Assembly (NCBI GenBank): GCA_040905565.1
Contig: JBBDRF010000018.1
Location: forward strand, 1 to 51,931
Length of the DNA: 51,931 nt
Origin: Phycisphaeraceae bacterium
GTDB taxonomy: Bacteria > Planctomycetota > Phycisphaerae > Phycisphaerales > Zrk34
Reading direction: 5' to 3'
Positions 48,308-51,931 of this stretch are shown piece after piece. Below the pieces are notes generated by a model that did not search any database, was not told the DNA's origin, and saw only the letters and a program-made list of their open reading frames with translations. Position 1 is the stretch's first letter, and every line of letters begins with the position of its first letter. The position numbers and the translations under genes were made by a program.

Positions 48308-49189
48308 TCACCCCCCTACCGCGTGGAGCTCCCGGCGACCACGACGACGGCCCAGCAAAACCGTCGCACCGAGGCCCAGCAGAGCAGCTGCGTGCGGTTC
48401 GGGGATCATCGTCGACACGGTGAGATCGCTGAAGGTGAGGTCGCCGGTGAAGGTGTCGCCCTCGGCCAGCCAGTTGTCTTTCCACAGCGTCAGGCTGAAC
48501 GCGTCGACGGCGAACTCGGCGCCGCCCGTCTCGGTTTGGATCGTGGTGCCGGCGGTGGCGTTGAAGGTGATCGGCGAGCCGTCCTGGAAGATTTGAAGTG
48601 CCGCGATCTGATTGGCGGCGGTATAGGTGAGTTCCGCCGTCAGCGTGGCGGCCTCGGGAAGCGGGCTGTCCAGCGTGCTAGCGGGGCCCCAGGGGAAGAG
48701 GAACGAGGGGTCGCCGCCGTCGTCGGTCGGGATGACCGTGGTGCCGAGGTAGTCGTCGGCGTAATAGTCGACGCTGAGGAGGTCGAAGCTGTCGGTGCCG
48801 GGAATGCCGCTGGTGCGGTCGGTGCCGGTGGTGACGCTGTTGAGGAAGCCGAAGGCGAGCTGCCCGAAAGCGTCGGCATTGAGGGCGTCGATGCTGAAAG
48901 TGGTGCTGACACCGAACGTATCATCCTGCGTCAGCGTGCGCCCGAGATCCCAGTTGAGCAGTGCGGTCGGCTCGGCACCGTTGTAACCGGCGGTGAGACC
49001 GTTGCCGGTGTGGGTGAAGCGGCTGGCTGCGTTGGGATCGTCACCGGTGACATTAGCCCGGCCGGCAGCGACGGGGTCGTCCGAGAAATCCTCATTCACC
49101 AGCGTCTGCCAGTTCGCCTGAGCCGGCGAGGTGAGGGCGAGGGTGAAGGCAGCGGCAGCGGCCACGTTAATGATGCGATGCAAGTCCAT
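48308..49189 (-). CDS. PEP-CTERM surface protein
   Basis: AGGAG SD before ATG 49189; signal peptide (PAQA-N); C-terminal IPEP + TM + RRRGRR. Confidence 0.9.
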   Translation of the reverse strand: MDLHRIINVAAAAAFTLALTSPAQANWQTLVNEDFSDDPVAAGRANVTGDDPNAASRFTHTGNGLTAGYNGAEPTALLNWDLGRTLTQDDTFGVSTTFSIDALNADAFGQLAFGFLNSVTTGTDRTSGIPGTDSFDLLSVDYYADDYLGTTVIPTDDGGDPSFLFPWGPASTLDSPLPEAATLTAELTYTAANQIAALQIFQDGSPITFNATAGTTIQTETGGAEFAVDAFSLTLWKDNWLAEGDTFTGDLTFSDLTVSTMIPEPHAAALLGLGATVLLGRRRGRRELHAVGG

Positions 49190-49234
49190 GCGATAGCGCT
49201 CCTGCCCCGTTGCGCGCGGGGCCACGACCATGAC

Positions 49235-49271
49235 AAAAAAATAACCGGCCCTGCGATCAGGAGGCCGGCTA
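49235..49271 (-). terminator. Riboswitch-associated attenuator terminator
   Basis: Minus strand TAGCCGGCC-TCCTGATCGCAG-GGCCGGTTA followed by TTTTTTT, between the aptamer and the PEP-CTERM start. Confidence 0.75.
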
Positions 49272-49340
49272 CAGTCAAAGGTCGGTCGTGAAGACGCTCT
49301 GCTGGCCGGTGTCCGCTTAGATCGCGAGGGACACACGATG

Positions 49341-49567
49341 GCGTGGCAGGCAGGTCTTCCGGCTCAGGGGGTCCGTTCGATCACCTTCCCACCGCACAAG
49401 GCGGCAGTGGCTCTATGATCGAACGCAGCTACGAATCGAAATTCGCAGCACCCTTTACGGCGGCGCGTCCGCGGGGGAGTTGATCGAACCGGATCGGCCC
49501 GATCGCACCCCACTTCCCTTTTCACCCGAAGCGACACCTGAGCATCGCTTGCGGGCACCTGTCACAC
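49341..49567 (-). ncRNA. Cobalamin (B12) riboswitch
   Basis: Minus strand AGGTGC...GTGAAAAGGGAAGTGGGGTG...CCCCGCGGACGCGCCGCCGTAA...GCCACTG...GGGAAGG...GAGCCGGAAGACCTGCC, the conserved blocks and B12 box in order. Confidence 0.92.
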
Positions 49568-49572
49568 GTGTC

Positions 49573-49601
49573 GTTTTATCCTGAGTCAGCATCAAGGTCA
49601 A
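49573..49601 (-). promoter_or_regulatory. Candidate promoter for the riboswitch transcript
   Basis: TTGACC-17 nt-TAAAAC overlapping the end of the upstream gene; the -10 box is imperfect. Confidence 0.4.
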
Positions 49602-50346
49602 CTGTTCCGTCACTTCGCACGGCAGTCGGGGCGGTGATGCAGACTAGCGAAACCTTCCCCTCGCGCAGCTCCATGCCGACGACACTGACGACCCGGCCGT
49701 CGCCCAGATGCAGCACCATGTCCAGGTCCCGCAGCGTCTTGCGAGCATGATCCACCCGGCGTTGCTGCTCCTCTTCCAGGGGCCCGAACTGGTCGAGCAC
49801 CTCGTCGATCAGCGAGTCGCCGGGCAACGGCATCAGCCCGGCATAAATGGTGTCCAGCGAAAGCTGAACACGGCCGGCCTCGTTGAGCTCGGGCTTGTAA
49901 ACCAGTCGCACGACGGGCTCGAACTTGCCCAGCCGAACGACCGTGGCCAGTTCGACCTGACCGGGCTTGACGTTCACCATCGCCCGCTGCGCGTGCTGCA
50001 CCGCCCGCTCATCGATCCCCTGATTGCGCATCCACTCAGGCAGCCGGGCCGCGAGCCATTCGTTGACCTCTTCCTCGGTCAGCTCGATCTGCCAGCGCTG
50101 GTAATCTGAGCGGACAGCGGTGGTCTGTGACGAGAGCTTCTGCTCAAACTGCTGCGCCCGCTGTGCGACGGCGGGGTCGGAGCCGTCGATCGCGGGGCCG
50201 CTTCGCCAGTAACTCGGCGCCGCGGTGAAAAGGCCCAGCAGAAGCAGCCCGCCGAGCAGCAGCCCCGCAGCGGTCCCGATGATCGCGCGGCGCAGGCGAT
50301 GGCTGCGGCGGGGAACTTCCCTGTCCGTAGTGGATGATCGTTTCAT
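49576..50346 (-). CDS. Membrane-anchored hypothetical protein
   Basis: N-terminal basic region plus TM; LTEEEVNEWLA pattern; follows fabF co-directionally. Confidence 0.7.
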   Translation of the reverse strand: MKRSSTTDREVPRRSHRLRRAIIGTAAGLLLGGLLLLGLFTAAPSYWRSGPAIDGSDPAVAQRAQQFEQKLSSQTTAVRSDYQRWQIELTEEEVNEWLAARLPEWMRNQGIDERAVQHAQRAMVNVKPGQVELATVVRLGKFEPVVRLVYKPELNEAGRVQLSLDTIYAGLMPLPGDSLIDEVLDQFGPLEEEQQRRVDHARKTLRDLDMVLHLGDGRVVSVVGMELREGKVSLVCITAPTAVRSDGTVDLDADSG

Positions 50347-50372
50347 AAAGTCAGCCGATTAGACTGAGAACA

Positions 50373-51665
50373 CTAGCCTTCGAACCGGCGGATGACCAGC
50401 GTGTCGTTCTGGCCTCCGAAACCGAAGCTGTTGGATAGTGCCACGTCGACGCGGACCTGCCGCGACTTGTTAGGCACGTAATCCAGATCCAGATCCGGGT
50501 CCGGCTCGTCAAGATTGATCGTCGGTGGCACCACATGATCGCGTATCGCCAGAGCGCACACGATCATTTCCACCGCACCGGCCGCTGCAATCAGATGGCC
50601 CATCATGCTCTTGATGGAGCTGATGGGCACCTGCTTCGCGTGCTCGGCAAAGACCGTCGTGACAGCCTTCGTCTCAATCGAATCGTTCTCCTTGGTGCCC
50701 GTTCCGTGCGCGGAGATGTAATGGATATCTGCTGGGGTCAGCTGAGCTTCGTCCAGTGCCCGGCGCATCGAGGCCATTGGGCCCCGCCCCTCTGGATGCA
50801 TGTCCGTGATTCGGAATGCATCCGCGCTCGAGCCGTATCCAATGATCTCCGCGATGATAGTGGCCCCTCGGGCGCGGGCGTGCTCTAACGTCTCCAGCAC
50901 GACCATCCCGCTTCCCTCCCCGATTACGAACCCGTCACGCGTCCGGTTGAAAGGCCGGCTTGCCGTGGTGGGTGTGTCGTTGCGATTGCTCAGTGCTGTA
51001 AGGCGATTGAACCCGGTGATGCCCAGCGGGTGAATCATGCTGTGCGCGCCGCCGGAAACCATCACGTCGGCGTCGCCGCAGCGGAGGATTTCGGTCGCTT
51101 CACCGATCGCCTGTGTCGAAGCAGCACACGCGGTCAGGCAGTTATAACCTGGGCCGCTGACGCCGAGCTCCGTCGCCACGTGCGACAGCGTCATGTTCGA
51201 TTCCTGCTCGATTTCGCCCCACTTATCGAACCGTTGCTTGGCCGCTTCGACCCACTTGCTGCCGTTGATCTTCTTTTTCTCGGGGTCCCACCCCGCCAGG
51301 GCCGCGGCTGCGTAATTCACGAAATCCAGCGTCCCCTCACCCGAGCCGAGGTAGGTGCCGACGCGGTCGCGATCGAGCTCGGCGTAATCATCCAGCCCCG
51401 CCATCTCCCACGCCTGCCGGGCGGCACCGAGGGCGAAGCGGGTGTTCATGCCCGCGTTGCGATGGTAGTGGGCGTGCTTGACGTACTTGGTGTAGTCGTA
51501 ATCCTTCACCTCGGCACAGAAGGAGGTGGGGAAGGTCGTGGCGTCGAAGTGGCTGGTCTGCCCGACGCCGCTTTCGCCAGCCTGGAGCCTGCGCCAGACG
51601 GTTTCGATATCGTGCCCGAGGGGGGTAACCCACCCCATGCCCGTAATGACCACGCGTTGCGTCAT
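50373..51665 (-). CDS. fabF: Beta-ketoacyl-ACP synthase II
   Basis: RVVITGMG, TACAAS (catalytic Cys), HGTGT, KSMMGHLI and SNSFGFGGQN. Confidence 0.92.
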   Translation of the reverse strand: MTQRVVITGMGWVTPLGHDIETVWRRLQAGESGVGQTSHFDATTFPTSFCAEVKDYDYTKYVKHAHYHRNAGMNTRFALGAARQAWEMAGLDDYAELDRDRVGTYLGSGEGTLDFVNYAAAALAGWDPEKKKINGSKWVEAAKQRFDKWGEIEQESNMTLSHVATELGVSGPGYNCLTACAASTQAIGEATEILRCGDADVMVSGGAHSMIHPLGITGFNRLTALSNRNDTPTTASRPFNRTRDGFVIGEGSGMVVLETLEHARARGATIIAEIIGYGSSADAFRITDMHPEGRGPMASMRRALDEAQLTPADIHYISAHGTGTKENDSIETKAVTTVFAEHAKQVPISSIKSMMGHLIAAAGAVEMIVCALAIRDHVVPPTINLDEPDPDLDLDYVPNKSRQVRVDVALSNSFGFGGQNDTLVIRRFEG

Positions 51666-51843
51666 ATGCCTGTCACTTGCTCACATCGACGCTTGAGGCA
51701 AAGCCGCTTCCGTCGCGCCGCCACAGCCGTCTGGTTCTGCTCTCTCGAGGGTGTCATGGTACCGCTCCCGCTGAGCGATCACCACCCCCCGTCCCCCCCA
51801 CCTTGTCCCGACGTGTCATGTCAGCGTCGGCTCGTCATTACAG

Positions 51844-51931
51844 GGGTGCCCCGGCCAGCGCAGACGGCCGGGCTTCCCAGACGTTTGCAATGTCAGCGAC
51901 ACCTGTCACCAATCCCGCCCGGCCGTCTTCG
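51844..51931. repeat. Family-B palindromic element, truncated by the window end
   Basis: GGGTGCCCCGGCCAGCGCAGACGGCCGGG...CCCGGCCGTCTTCG. Confidence 0.8.

Overview
GC-rich bacterial chromosomal window, most likely from a planctomycete (Phycisphaerae-like). This is inferred from the prepilin/H-X9-DG proteins, PEP-CTERM, DUF1080, a Tat-exported Gfo/Idh/MocA enzyme, a DUF58-BatA-vWA-DUF4159 cluster and the REP families. It holds about 40 CDS: housekeeping genes (aat, sppA, nuoI, serA, rpsO-pnp, rpmB, trmB, dapA, rsmB, rsmJ, ilvD, fabF), a TetR-MFP-RND efflux operon, three orphan histidine kinases and several hypothetical proteins. I saw no rRNA, tRNA, CRISPR array, transposase or prophage. Highlights: (1) a cobalamin riboswitch with an extra hairpin and a downstream terminator sits in front of a PEP-CTERM gene and a pseudopilin-like gene rather than a btuB-type transporter; (2) a 186-bp MITE with perfect 24-bp terminal inverted repeats and a GTAA duplication is inserted into a REP and carries a copy of that REP; (3) several REP/REPIN-like families occur, and one short motif also lies in-frame inside a vWA gene; (4) a DUF1080 gene is split by one in-frame TAG; (5) four genes look leaderless; (6) G/C strand skew is strong, independent of gene orientation, and flips within the window. 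All family assignments come from motif recognition by eye, not database searches.
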